NCBI RefSeq assembly: GCF_006345805.1
Contig: NC_043013.1
Span: 14,632,001 to 14,696,000 of the forward strand
DNA length: 64,000 nt
Source: Octopus sinensis
Lineage: Eukaryota
Reading direction: 5' to 3'
Part shown: positions 12,250 through 24,721 of the stretch, piece by piece
Layout: each line of letters opens with the position of its first letter
Position numbering within the stretch: the stretch's first letter is position 1
The notes under the pieces: generated by a model
Seen by the model: only the letters and a program-made list of their open reading frames with translations
Database searches by the model: none
Told to the model about the DNA's origin: nothing
Translations under genes and position numbers: made by a program

Positions 12250-12980
12250 AGTCACTCTCGACTGAAGGCCCTAAATTGTGTTGAAAAGACTGGATTTATC
12301 AACAGGATAATGCTACAATCCATAATGCGTGCAGGACAAATAACGTTCACTTTTGAATCAGCCTCCATGTTCTCCTGACCTAAACCCCATAGAAAATTTT
12401 GGGGGATGGATGGCAAGAGACATTTACAAAAATGGAATGCAATTAGGCGCTTCAACTGGCCTCCATGCCAGCGGCATGTAAAAAGCACCAACCATATGTG
12501 GCCATTGCCAGCCTCGCCTGGCACCTGTACCAGTGGCACGTATAAAGCACCCACTACACTCCACCTCAACTGGCCTCCGTGCCAGTGGCACGTAAAAAGC
12601 ACCAAACGATCGTGGCCGTTGCCAGCCTCGCCTGGCACCTGTGCTGGTAAAAAGCACCCACTACACTCACGGAGTGATTAGCGTTAGGAAGGGCATCCAG
12701 CTGTAGAAACACTGCCAGATCAGACTGGGCCTGGTGCAGCCTCCTGGCTTCCCAGACCCCAGTCGAACCGTCCAACCCATGCTAGCATGGAAAGCGGACG
12801 ATAAACAATGATGATGATGATGATTAATAAGAGACTACAGATGCTCTTTGCCAGGCAGTTTTCACCTCATGGTGTAACATTCCAGACAACCTCCTGCAAA
12901 CGCCTGTGCCAAATATGCCACTGGATTTTTGAAGTTATTTGCAGGAAGGGTGGAGCTACTAACTATTGAGCCCCCTTGTT
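12250..12980 (+). mobile_element. Tc1/Tc3-like transposase 3' fragment, interrupted by a SINE (about 12445-12824)
   Basis: WIYQQDNATIH, PCSPDLNPIENFGGWMARDIYKNG, and after the SINE AVFTSWCNIPDNLL...EVICRKGGATNY*. Confidence 0.8.
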
Positions 12981-13051
12981 TACTATTTATTCATTGTTTA
13001 TGTTTGTTATTTGTCATGGTCTTAAACTTTTGACCAGGAAATATATTGTTA

Positions 13052-14254
13052 TCAGGTCATTAAGAATGAAATGTCCGATTTTCTTGAGCACTAAGTTTGA
13101 CAATCGTTAACTCTAATGTTTTATCCTGACAATTCTTTGTTTTACAACATTGAAGAGTTACATCATCACTTCTCAAAATGCAATTCATGGTGTCTGATTA
13201 TATTGTGAGTTTCCTGTTGTAAGTCAATTTTTGTGAACCCATGGATAGATAAAAATTCATGCTGTTTATGAATATGAATTCTGTCATGGAACCAATGCAT
13301 CCCATACCCATGAGGTGTTTGGTGAAGATGTGGCAAATGAGTACATTGTACGTTGATGGTTTGAGAAGTTCCGGTCTGGTGACTTCACTCTTCAAAATCA
13401 GCCCCGTGGCAGACCTGAGACCAAGATGGATAATGATGAGTTAGAAACTGTATTGGAAATGGATATATCTCATACTGCGCATGAGTTAGCAGCAATGTTT
13501 GATGTTTCAATTCCAACTGTAGTGAACCATCTGAAACAAATCGGCAAGGTATAGAAGCTGGACAAGTAGGTACTGCATGAACTGAACAAACATCAAATGA
13601 CACGTCTTGAAATTTGCTGTTCTTTGTTGGCACGGCATAAAAGCCAACCATTTTTGTATCATATTGTTACACGTGATGAAACATGGATTCTTTTCAGCAA
13701 TAGCAAGCATTCTGCACAGTGGTTGGATAGAGATAAAGTGCCAAAACACAATCCAAAAATGTATATTCACCAAAAAAAAAAGCTAATGGTGTATGTTTGA
13801 TGGTCCAGCGCTGGTGCCATCCATTACAACTTCATGAGACCAGGTAAGTCAATTAGCGGATGTATACATCTAAACAACTGAGATTGGTCAATAGAAATAT
13901 GCCAATTCTCTTGCAAGACAGTGCTCGACCATATGTTGCACAAAGAATGCTACTCAAGTTACAGGAACTGAACTTGGAAGTATTCTGTCATCCAGACCTT
14001 GCACCAACTGACAATCATGTTTTCCAGGCATTAGACAACTTTTTTGAAGAAGATGCAAAAACAGTCTTTCATAATTTCATCACCTCTTGTTCTCCAGAAT
14101 TCTTTGCTGACAGTATAAATAGGTTACCGATAAAATGGCAAAATTGTATTGATAATTTAGGTGCATACTTTGATTAGCTGCATTGCTTTTTGTTGAGATA
14201 AAGTAAAAAAAAACTTTCAGTTCAAGATTGGACATTTCATTCTTAATAACCTGA
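13052..14254 (+). mobile_element. Full-length, decayed mariner element (Hsmar1/cecropia-like)
   Basis: About 28-bp TIRs (tcaggtcattaagaatgaaatgtccgat / attggacatttcattcttaataacctga) with TA on the left. Transposase motifs: WFEKFRSGDF, (W)VLHEL, IVTRDETWILF, QDSARP, DLAPTDNHVF. Multiple stops and frameshifts. Confidence 0.92.
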
Positions 14255-15559
14255 GAGTTTTCATACAATGCATACTTTGTGCATTAAATGCTAAACAACT
14301 CTTTAGGTTCGCATATATCTTTTTCTATGTGCTAATAATGAATCTATAATGAAAAATAGTTGAATATATCAGTCTACAAGGAGTTCATTTCAGGAACTTT
14401 TTTCACTGGTCTTAAGATTTTATCCAGCAGTGAAATATTTTCCCATGGCCAAACATATTTTCACAGAATACCGGAAATGAATGACATTGCCTGTATGGCA
14501 GCCACTTGTTTATATCTATCAAGTGATGTCAAGATGAGACACAGACACACACATACATGGTGGTCTTCTTTCAGTTTCTTTCAACCAAATCCAAACACAA
14601 AGCTTTGGTCAGGTGAGGACTGTAGTAAAAAAAAACACTTGCTTCACATGCCACACAGTGGGATTGAACCTGAATCCATGTGGCCAGGAAGCAAACTTCT
14701 CAACCACACACCTATGCCTACATTGACAATATTGTTCTACTACATTATAATAATAATATAATATAGCATGGCTCATACAACTAACACAATACTATATTGA
14801 AGTTAGTATAGTGTTAATAGTGTTAACATAATGTTGGCAGGATTGTTATAAAATAAAATACAACACTATAGTATATAGTATGGTTTCCTTTCCTAACATA
14901 AAGTATATTAAGGATGGGATAATTTCGTAACTTGATACTATTCTGTATTCTCAAGGTATGACGTAAAAGAAAAATCACATGACAATTTCAATAAACAACA
15001 TCATTTTAGAGGTGACAAAGAAAAAACTAATATATGTAAGCACACAGGTGCAAAACAAGGTAGTAAAAAAAATAGTATTTGAATACCAAAGGTAGAATAA
15101 AATACTATTTTATTTAAACCAAAAAAAAATCTTTGCAAGTTGTTATTCGGTGTGACTGTTCATCAGACAGCTGTATTTATATACGACACATATCTTAGAT
15201 GTTGTTCACACCTGAGGTGGAAAGCCTTATTCAGTGGAAAACAGCTTTATCTACTCTTCATAACAACAGAACTACTCTTACCAAACAAACTTCCTTGAAT
15301 TTATTATTAACGCAATTGCCCAAATTGCTCATGCAGGGCCCACCTCTACATCCCTCACTAGTTTCCTCAGATTTGAGGGATTTAAATATTGTCAGCAGAA
15401 GAACAATAATTGATCACAGTTTCTGTACTGACCGATATGAGCAATGTGTTGTGTCTATGGAGGTCAATGAACTCAACTTCTGCCAGTTCAGTTTACATAG
15501 CTATTATAAATCATGTTGCTTACTTTTGTTGATGACAGCCTATCAAAGGTGATTACAGC

Positions 15560-16655
15560 GTTAATCCAAGACATTCATCCTCTTCCATTTCCAGCACATT
15601 GTTTCTCATGGAAGCAGACATGGTTGACAAGACTGATACAAGATAGAAAGGTCTTGCGGCACTGACAGCACTGAAAGTGACCTCAAACAACAGCCACATG
15701 GTGTTGATGACAAGGTCTCCTCTCTTTAGACAGTTCATACTGAAAGATGTGGTATGGAAGATGTGAGCAAAAGGGATTGCGACAGGTCAGTTCATCTCCA
15801 GATGTGGGCTGGTGAATTACTTCACTGCCCATCTGTCCAGCAAGATCCGTCTGGAGAGGAGGAGCCTGCCGCAAAGAGCGTTTGGAAAAAGATGGACGAC
15901 AGTGGTAAGAAAGATAAGAATGCACGAGGCTGTGCTTGCACGGTCGGTCGGAGCATAAAAGGAAGGAAAAAGATTACCAAAAAGGGATAACCAACCGGCG
16001 GGTTAATTCACTAACCCGGACCCAAAACTCATCCGACCATTTATATTTTTATTTTTAACCCTCATCCACAATATATGTAAGTCCATCCGTTTTTTCACAC
16101 TGTATGTAAGAAGCGAGTTTGTACCCTGAATGTCCCTTGTCTGTCCTTGTAATGTCCCCTCTATGTAAACCTTTTATAGGTTAATAAAGAAATATCTCTT
16201 CAGGCAGTTTCCTGTGTTTGGTTTCAGAACACTCCACTCCAACATCACACATGGACCTCCATATCTTCTGATTAACAGTCAGGGGCTCCAACTAATCAGG
16301 AGGGGCACTACATGAAATGAAAGCCTGCTTGAGGTAATCATGAAAATGATGCTTTGGATGTCCATGAGGCCTACTTCCAGTCTCAGTTTTGCTGAAGAGG
16401 ACTGTCTTTGGGAACCATAAACATAAATTTAATTCCTCATTAGCCACATCCAAAGTCACCTTAAGAGTATTAAAGGACCCCAGAAAAACATGCACTGAGG
16501 CCCCTACATACACAAGTTACATGTATATCACAGTAGACAGAGATTAACATTGAACTCTCTAGACCCATAGGGCCTCAAGACAGCTGTCCAGTGAGCCCAT
16601 ACTTTAAGGTGACACTGGCCACACTACATTCTTCCACCCTCAAAATATTTTCAAA
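15560..16655 (-). mobile_element. RTE/BovB-like LINE 3' fragment, split by a Tx1 insertion
   Basis: PKTVLFSKTETGSRPHGHPKHHFHDYLK...KIWRSMCDVGVE on the right side, and the C-terminal CxxC..H motif FQCCQCRKTFLSCISLVNH on the left side of the insertion. Confidence 0.7.
15736..16195 (+). mobile_element. Tx1/L1-clade LINE, 5'-truncated 3' end
   Basis: LKDVVWKM*AKG...LVNYFTAHLSSKIRLERRSLPQRAFGKRW, then a 3'UTR with AATAAA near 16183. Imperfect 14-bp TSD: ctctttagacagtt (15722-15735) / ctcttcaggcagtt (16196-16209). Confidence 0.7.
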
Positions 16656-17419
16656 GGCTAAGGCTTATCATCATCATCATCGTTTAACGTCCGCTTTCCA
16701 TGCTAGCATGGGTTGGACGATTTTGACTGAGGTCTGGCGAACCAGATGGCTGCACCAGGCTCCAGTCTTGATCTGGCAGAGTTTCTACAGCTGGATGCCC
16801 TTCCTAACGCCAACCACTCCGAGAGTGTAGTGGGTGCTTTTACATACCACCGGCATGGGGCCAGTCAGGCGGTACTGGCAACGACCTCGCTCGAATCTTT
16901 TACACATGCCACCGGTACGAGTGCAGCAAATTGGTTGAAATTGTTAAAGCATCTGATGAAATGCATTGCAATATTTATTACAGCACCTAGAGTTCCTAGT
17001 TCAAATCTCAACACGGTCAACTTTGCCTTTTATCCATCCGGGGTCAATATATAAAATACCAGTTGAGTGGGTGTCGGTTGGTGGAAATTTTATTGAATTG
17101 GATGATAATGCTTTGTGATATTTGTTCCAAATCGTTGCATTCAGAGTTTAAATCTCACCATGGCCTGCTTAGGTGGTAGACTTAACCATCACTTGTTTAA
17201 CACCCCCATTTGCATGGTGTTAACCCTTTTGATACCAACCTGTCTGAGACCACCTCTGGTTCTATGATTCAAACTAAAACCTTTCATCAAAACTTAATTT
17301 ATGCTAATTTATGTTCTAAACACCATCTTAAAAATGACTAATCATTTCACTAAATTCTTCGTTATTCTCAAAGATAACAGAAATAAATGCAGAATACTGG
17401 TTTCAAATTTTGGCACAAG

Positions 17420-17807
17420 CCAGTGTTTGTCACTGTTATTTATGACATCATTTGTGCGTTTGTACTGGTTTTAAGGTTTTAGGGTTAGGATTAGGGTTAA
17501 GGTTTTAGGGTTAGGGGTTTAGGGTTGTCATAAATAATAGTGACAAACAAAATATATACCACCGGAAGTTCTTGTTGACAAACAAAGGCAGTAATTTTAT
17601 TCAGCTGAATACACGTCACTGATTGGTTGAAATTACCAAAATACAAGAACTTTAACGTGAAATAACTTCTTAAATATAAGTTTTTCTCAAAAATGCTAAG
17701 AGTAAAACATGTTTTATATGACACATTCTACGAGTGTCCGAAGTTTGAAAGTGTTTAGTTACAAAAAATTATTTTTTAAATCTGTAGGTCAAAAGGTAAA
17801 AATCCCT
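17420..17807. mobile_element. Related TTAGGG-containing MITE with a degraded left end
   Basis: Shares cacgtcactgattggttgaaatt and gaagtttgaaagtgtttagttac with the 18042 element. Confidence 0.55.
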
Positions 17808-18041
17808 TCATTCATTTACAGGGAAGCAAGTTGGCAGAGGAGATGAGTAACAGACCATTTTGTCTCTTTACATTTCCAAGTTCAAATACCACCCTAATTA
17901 ACTTTATTTTATCATTACAGGATTGACAAAATGAGAACCAGTTATATCCTTGGGTTGGTCCAATTGAGTGTATGCCTTTCCAAATTTGTGTGCTTTCAAA
18001 AAGAATCAACATAACTCATTTCTGTACTCAGACCAAATCTG

Positions 18042-18460
18042 GGATCTTTTCGGTTTGAACAGCAGTTTTTTCTAGCGGTGTCATATGAAATTGTCACCCA
18101 TAATTATGACCCTAGTATCGATCTATTGCATTTCAATCTGTTTTAGGGTTAGGGTTATAGTTAGGTTTAGGGGTGGGGGGAAAGGTATTTTTTTCTTCAG
18201 GAATGTAAATAAACCCTATCTGTTTCTTAAACGAGGGACATATTCATACGGCACAGAATGTTTTCACCTCAATAGACGTCATTGATTGGTTGAAATTGAA
18301 GAAAAAAAACAACAAATATCTTACAAACTATAGAATTTTCTCAATAAAGCCAAGAGAAAAAGATGTTTTATGAACACATTCTACCAGTATACGAAGTTTT
18401 AAAAGTGTTTAGTTACGTGGAAATTATTTTAAAAAACTGCCGTTCAAACCGAAAAGATCC
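18042..18460. mobile_element. MITE with GGATC TIRs, 8-bp TSD and internal TTAGGG-like repeats (Merlin- or hAT-like)
   Basis: About 30-bp TIRs ggatcttttcggtttgaac / gttcaaaccgaaaagatcc; TSD caaatctg/gaaatctg. Confidence 0.8.
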
Positions 18461-19200
18461 GAAATCTGTGTTTTTAGGGTTGAGTGAGTTTGTATCAGCT
18501 GATTAATACCAGTCATACAGAAGAGCTTTATCAGTAATCTACTGAAATAACTCTCCTCTCCACCAACCAAAATTTGGCTTACATGTCATTACAGCTTATT
18601 TGTAAGACATCGTTAAATATTTGTTTTCATTTATAATTGATGAGACACTGATCATGCGGTTGTTTAGCCCTGGGTCAGTACTAATTTAGCTAACCTATAC
18701 TCAAGTATTCTTACTGGAATCATGTTTTTCTGTTGTTGCTTTTTTTGTCTCTTTAAAGTGTAATAATATATTGGGGACATTCCTTCCACCCCTTTAAAGT
18801 TGATAAAATAAAGTACTGCTCAGGTACTGGAACACCAGAATATTTTGTGTGACACCATCATTGGTAAAACTGTAAAAAAAAACATGAGTACCATTCTATC
18901 TAACCACAAAAGTTTGCTTTATATCTGCATAAAAAGCGTAACAACGCCTAAATATTGCGTGAAACACAACAAATACTGTAAAAAACCAAATTAAGTGTAA
19001 CGCGGAAAATATTTTAACACGAAAAAAATATTGTTGCATGTCTATATGTTCTGGAAACTAGTCATAAAATGTCTGATTCGGAACTTGTAACACAGAGAGA
19101 GAGGGGAAAATGTGAAGCTTATTTGCCCAAATACGTCCAGATATGTTCATCCCTTGGTCAAACTTTACTGCGTAACCTAGCAAAAATGCTGTCTAGAAGT

Positions 19201-19233
19201 AGGGCGGAAATCTCACAACCTAAATTACTTCCG
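19201..19233. promoter_or_regulatory. Candidate promoter elements (GC box GGGCGG, ETS-like ACTTCCG)
   Basis: Motifs lie at the left boundary of a CpG-retaining domain; motif matches only. Confidence 0.3.
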
Positions 19234-20956
19234 TTTCGGCATTTTCCTGTTTTTAAATAAATCCAAGGTTTGTAGAATTAATTCTAGAATTCTGACAATG
19301 ACAGCTTTTGTGACGGTCTTGACTAACTAAGAATTAAGTCAAAAACTATAGAGGAAAATGTACTTATGTATACACATAAATAGCACGTACTCTTATTATA
19401 CACGCACACACGCGCGCGTAAGTGAGTGCGCATGTAAGTTTCTGTGTGTGTATCATACGTACACACATGTCTACGAGTGTATTATGTATGTAAATACATA
19501 TACGTAATGATACGCCAATGGTACACACACATATACACATGAATGTGTTTGTGTAGACTTAGTTAATACACACAAGAAGACGAAGTAGTGCGCGTGTGTG
19601 TGTGTTTTAGACATACAGTGCGGCAAAATATATCAGTCATAAATAATTCTCTATACTTAACCTCAATATTATCACAAGCAATTCATGAACCATCGAAGGA
19701 GCCTCAACCGGTTAGAAATAGCAGTGATATCCCACCGTTTTAAAATAAAACAAAACAAAATAAGAGAGAAAACGGAAAATAAACACAGTAAATAATACTG
19801 GCCAAAATAGAATCGACAAAACTTATTTCTGTAGTCAGATCAAATCTGTGTTTTTAGGGTTGTGTAAGTTTGAGCCCCAAGATATTATAGTGTCTGACAA
19901 TAAAAAAAGGCTGGAAGTTCGCGGTTGAAGCATCTTTGGTCACAGGTGTTGATTAAAGGGTTTAAAAAACAAAAAAGAAACGTATAATTTACTATTATAT
20001 ATTCATAGAGGGTTAACCCGATTAATGCAGTAACGGATGCGTATTTTTTTTGGCTTATGTCAACCCTCATATATTTGTGATCAAAGAATGTTCCCCCGTA
20101 ACCTTCCAGTCTTATATCAATGTTTGTTTTAATATCAAGTTATATATAATTTTTTTTTTTAATTAAACATTAAATTCCATACATTTTAGTAGAGGACATG
20201 TTTATTAAACTTTTACAAGAAAAGGGCAGACAGTATCTTCGAAGTTTTGCAGCCTGCTTGCTGCCGTGTGTCTGTGTGTAAGTGAAGTACAGCCTATACA
20301 CACGTCTGATGGGGGTGGACAATTTTTAAAAAGAGCATTCACTGATGTATTTCCGTGTTACCAAATACTAATAGACGATCAGTATAAGTGGTCGCTTGAT
20401 TTGCCAGAAATAGCAGCCAGATTCTTTTTAAAACTAATAATCCTAATGTCTTAAGAAATGATGACTAGATGACTACGATCTGTGTTTACACTGGATAATG
20501 TGGAATTATATTCATGGTACCTGAAATACGGGGAAAGACAGGATCGTCATGTAGTATTAAGATCCTTATCATCGAGTAGGAAGAGGCGCCGAACTAGCCC
20601 AATTGTTGGCACGCCGGACAAAATGCTTATCGGGGTCGCTAGAATAAGTACTAGTTGAACAGTGGCATTGATATAATCATTACCTCTAGCCCAAAATTGC
20701 TGGCCTTGAGCCAGAATTTGAAACCGATATTAACAGAGCCTAATATGTGTGTATGTACCCTTCCCATTGTAAACTGATAAATTACCACTGTAGACGGCAA
20801 GAATTTGAAGTTTGTTATATATATATATTCCTGGTTGATTTCTTAAAGCTTCCAGACACAAAACGAAGTACTCCAGTCTTCAGGAAGTAAAATCTTGTTA
20901 TATATTACGTGACTCGAAACTGTGTAGAACTCATCTCTCTGTATATACATATATAT

Positions 20957-21026
<70 letters not shown>

Positions 21027-21195
21027 CCGAGGGTATGAGAGGTATTGGTGTCTAGAAGACCCAAAGAGTGTCAGGTAACGCTAAGTAATTGCTATGGATA
21101 GACCGTGGGTCTTGTACTAGCATGTATATATATTATTTCCCTCTATATTCCCTATCTTTTCCACAATAATTCGAACTCGAATATTTTCTCACAAC

Positions 21196-21243
21196 GTCTC
21201 TGATGAAGGGATATCCATAATATCCCAGAAACAGCTGTAAGAC
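21196..21243 (+). ncRNA. Minimal type I hammerhead ribozyme motif, family B, with palindromic stem III (dimer type)
   Basis: gtct CTGATGA a gggatat ccata atatccc a GAAA cagctg TA agac: 4-bp stem I, 7-bp stem II, self-complementary cagctg, GUA site (cut after 21239). Confidence 0.85.
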
Positions 21244-21302
21244 TATTTCATTATAAATATCCTGAAAATTCCTCAGCCTTCAATTTGTTATCTCATTCGG
21301 TG

Positions 21303-21361
<59 letters not shown>

Positions 21362-21445
21362 GGTCCCGGGTTGATTCGGGGTTAACCACAGTAAATAAGG
21401 TACTCAATACATAGCAGAGTAAAATTAATTTATTATATAGAAGGA

Positions 21446-21488
21446 GCTTCTACAGGACTAGAACTGTTTCATTCAAGAGAAATCATCA
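21446..21488 (-). ncRNA. Truncated family A hammerhead (C3 and the 5' strand of stem I lost)
   Basis: Reverse complement reads ..aca TGATGA tttctcttgaat GAAA cagttctagtcctg TA gaagc; it is interrupted by a microsatellite exactly at the core. Confidence 0.65.
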
Positions 21489-21806
21489 TGTATGTGTATA
21501 TATATATATGTATATATATATGTGTGTGTGTGTATGTATGTGTGTACGTATATGTGTGTGTGTGTGTATATATATATACATATGTGTATATGTATAAGTG
21601 AGAATCTCCTTATTTACCTAAAACTCTATTCTCCTATATATATATATATTTTTTTTTTTTATTCTTTTATCTAATTTACTACTGACTCCTTGACCACTCC
21701 CCCAAGTATGATATTTTTGCGCTATGCCTACCCCCAAAAAGTCCCCCACCACCACCCCTTTAAACCTGCCTAAATGTATAAATGCCAATACAATTCTTGT
21801 TAACTA

Positions 21807-21855
21807 GCTTCCTGATGATTTCTCTTGAATGAAACAGTTCTAGTCCTGTAGAAGC
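21807..21855 (+). ncRNA. Type I hammerhead ribozyme motif, family A
   Basis: gcttc CTGATGA tttctcttgaat GAAA cag ttctagtc ctg TA gaagc; predicted cut after 21850. Confidence 0.8.
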
Positions 21856-21870
21856 TCCTTCTATATAATA

Positions 21871-21940
<70 letters not shown>

Positions 21941-22092
21941 CCCATTCTACACAGCACTTTCCTTGGATAATGAAACTGTAACATCCTACATATATTTTTA
22001 TTTTTCCTTTGATACTTCCTCTATCTATCTTTTTCCAAAATAACTCTTTATACTGAAGTCTACCATTTCCCTCTATTTAACATTCTTATATC

Positions 22093-22140
22093 GTCTCTGA
22101 TGAAGGGATATCTCTAATATCCCAGAAACAACTGTAAGAC
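22093..22140 (+). ncRNA. Minimal type I hammerhead ribozyme motif, family B, second copy
   Basis: gtct CTGATGA a gggatat ctcta atatccc a GAAA caactg TA agac; the stem III palindrome carries one substitution (cut after 22136). Confidence 0.8.
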
Positions 22141-22214
22141 TAACTTTCTCTTTATAAATGTCCTAAAAACTCCACACACCCTTGGCTTTGTTGTCTCATT
22201 TTATTTTATATATA

Positions 22215-22258
<44 letters not shown>

Positions 22259-22262
22259 GGGG

Positions 22263-22354
<92 letters not shown>

Positions 22355-24063
22355 CACGCGCTTGATACTATACGCATTTAGTAGAGTTTATTTATTCCAA
22401 GTTGATGATTTTTAATTGTTACTCCGAGTTTCTAGCGTTGTACGTTCATTGTCGTTATGTGTTTGTGCGTAAATTGTTGTTTAACCCCTCAGATCAGTCG
22501 GAACAGAACAAACTTACAAGAGACGTCCCAACAGTGACAATACTGCCTTCTGTTAAGAGTGTTTCTAAGACGGTAGTGTCGTAACTTGAGGAAATTTAGC
22601 AGTTGCTATTTCTAAGAGAGTGGACGACCACATACAAAAACAGAGTTAAGCTCAGAACTTCCAGAAGTTACAGTAAAATGAAAAGGGGATGAGTGATTTA
22701 TAATACAAAATGTAGCTTGACAGGGTGGTGGTGAGTTGGCGGAAATTGTTAGAGAATCACACCACACCACAGCCAACGAGGAAACCTGTATAGGTAGCCG
22801 CTCGAAATAGCAACCAAATATTTCTCAAACTAAACCTTATCGTATTAAATAAAATGATTTCAAACTTTGACACAAGGACAGCAATATAAGTCGATTATAT
22901 TGACCCCTGTACTCAACTGGGATTTATTTTATGGATCCCAAAAAGATGAAAGGCAAAGTCGACTTCGGCGGAGTTTGAACCTAAAACTTCGATCCAGATG
23001 AAATAAATACCGCTAAACATTTTGTCCGACTCGCTAGCGATTCTTCCGAGACAGAGGGTTACGTTGGACTATATAGCCTTTGAAATATATAAGACGAGAT
23101 GGTCACGGCTGGAACCACCTTTGATCAGGAGTCTACTTGCTCAGAGCTGATTTGAGGCTAAACAACAACACTACAATTTAAAGAGTAATTGAGTAACGTT
23201 TATGTCAAGTGTTCGAACCTCACCAAGGTTAATTGTCTTCCACGACGATAGTAAAAGAATGCAGAAAAACAGGTAGTTATCATATATTATGTCAGAATTA
23301 CGTCTGATGAAGAGTAAATCATTTTAAATGAATTACAAAAGAAAAGCAGGGTTAGATGCTTTAATAATATGATTTTTTTAATGTTCCTAATAATCAAAGT
23401 TTGCTCCTACGGTTTTCGATTTCACTTGGGTTATTATGTTGGATGGACAAACCAATCAATAATGTAGGGGGGGGGGTTGGGGTTTTTTTGGGGGGTTTTT
23501 TTTGTAATTGAGGGCTACAAGATGTGGTAAAGTTGACCGAAATAATAATAAACCACATAATTTTCGCTCGAATTTTAGTTTTATCAGTAACGAAATAATG
23601 ACACGCAAAAGAAGAAAAAAAAAAATCCGGACGTAATTTAAATTAGAAAAGAAATCCTAAGTGGTAACTTAACTAAATAAATACAGTAAGTATACATATT
23701 CCAGGAGGTTGTGACAAGTCCAAAGAATGTCTATGCCCGGCCACTTAGATAAAAAGAACATAAAGATAAGCCTGAAAGTGAATAAACATTTAATCCATAA
23801 ACAGCCCAACAAAATATATTGTCGGGCTTACGATTATGGATTAGATGTGTCTGTGTATGTCTCTCTCTCACACTATATATATATATATATATATATAGAC
23901 ATACGTGTGTGTGTGTGTGTGTGAATGAATAGATAGATAGCTAGAGAGAGATGTCAAAAAACCCCGGTGCTCTTATTCTATATAATGTGACGACAGATAG
24001 TCGGCACACTGTATGTAATCTATGTAAATAAACAGGGTGGGGCGCATTTTTACTAAATTGGTC

Positions 24064-24099
<36 letters not shown>

Positions 24100-24665
24100 T
24101 TGTGTATAAATGAGTGTACTATAAGGATGTGTGATCCTTGAGGGGGCGAAAAGTCAACATAGATGAGATCGGCATTCAGACTTTGGTACCGCTCTATACG
24201 TATAGTATACATAGGGAGATACTAAGATAACAGGGAAAATATTTAGGGCTTTTTTTGCATCGTTCTGCCAACTCACCATTTCCAACTGTTGTTGTTAATT
24301 TTATTATTATTTTTCACAATGTGTGTGTGTGTATTTTGTGTGTGTGTGTGTGTGTGTATGTCGTAATTTTATCCCACCTTGTACTGGTAAGTACAAGAAA
24401 TACAAGGCAGGGTAAAACATATTATTCCCACACGTACATATACACAAATGTGTGTATACGAATATATGGTTAATGTTTAATTCTATTATATATACACACA
24501 CACACACACACGTGTGTGTGTGTGTCTGTGTGTAAGCCGTGACACGTATGATGAAATAACTCCGAGTAACAACACAAACATTTGATAATACCACCGAGAA
24601 TATATATATAAAAGCATTTATGAAACTCACAACTTCGTTCACAGGGTCAGACATACCCACACACA

Positions 24666-24721
<56 letters not shown>

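Larger units (their letters stand above)
21023..22205. mobile_element. Cluster of Penelope-like terminal-repeat fragments: B (21023-21304, +), A inverted (21358-21488), A (about 21595-21870, +), B (21935-22205, +), separated by (TA)n
   Basis: The two B copies are similar around the ribozyme; the A pieces are nearly identical to 5935-6126. Confidence 0.6.

Noticed and set aside
15140-15172. Minus-strand CTGATGA...GAAT hammerhead-like string
   Set aside because: GAAA is replaced by GAAT and stems I and III cannot be formed; at most a decayed relic.
15199-15552. 117-aa plus ORF
   Set aside because: No recognisable motif and no supporting splice structure.
17466-17525. TTAGGG repeats as a telomere or fusion scar
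   Set aside because: Short, degenerate and internal to a dispersed MITE family.
23304-23345. Isolated CTGATGA words (also near 16964, 35581 and 63403)
   Set aside because: No correctly placed GAAA or pairable stems.
24255-24290. Minus-strand ATG|gtgagt donor
   Set aside because: It coincides with the ggtgag(c/t)tggcagaa head of SINE family S2.
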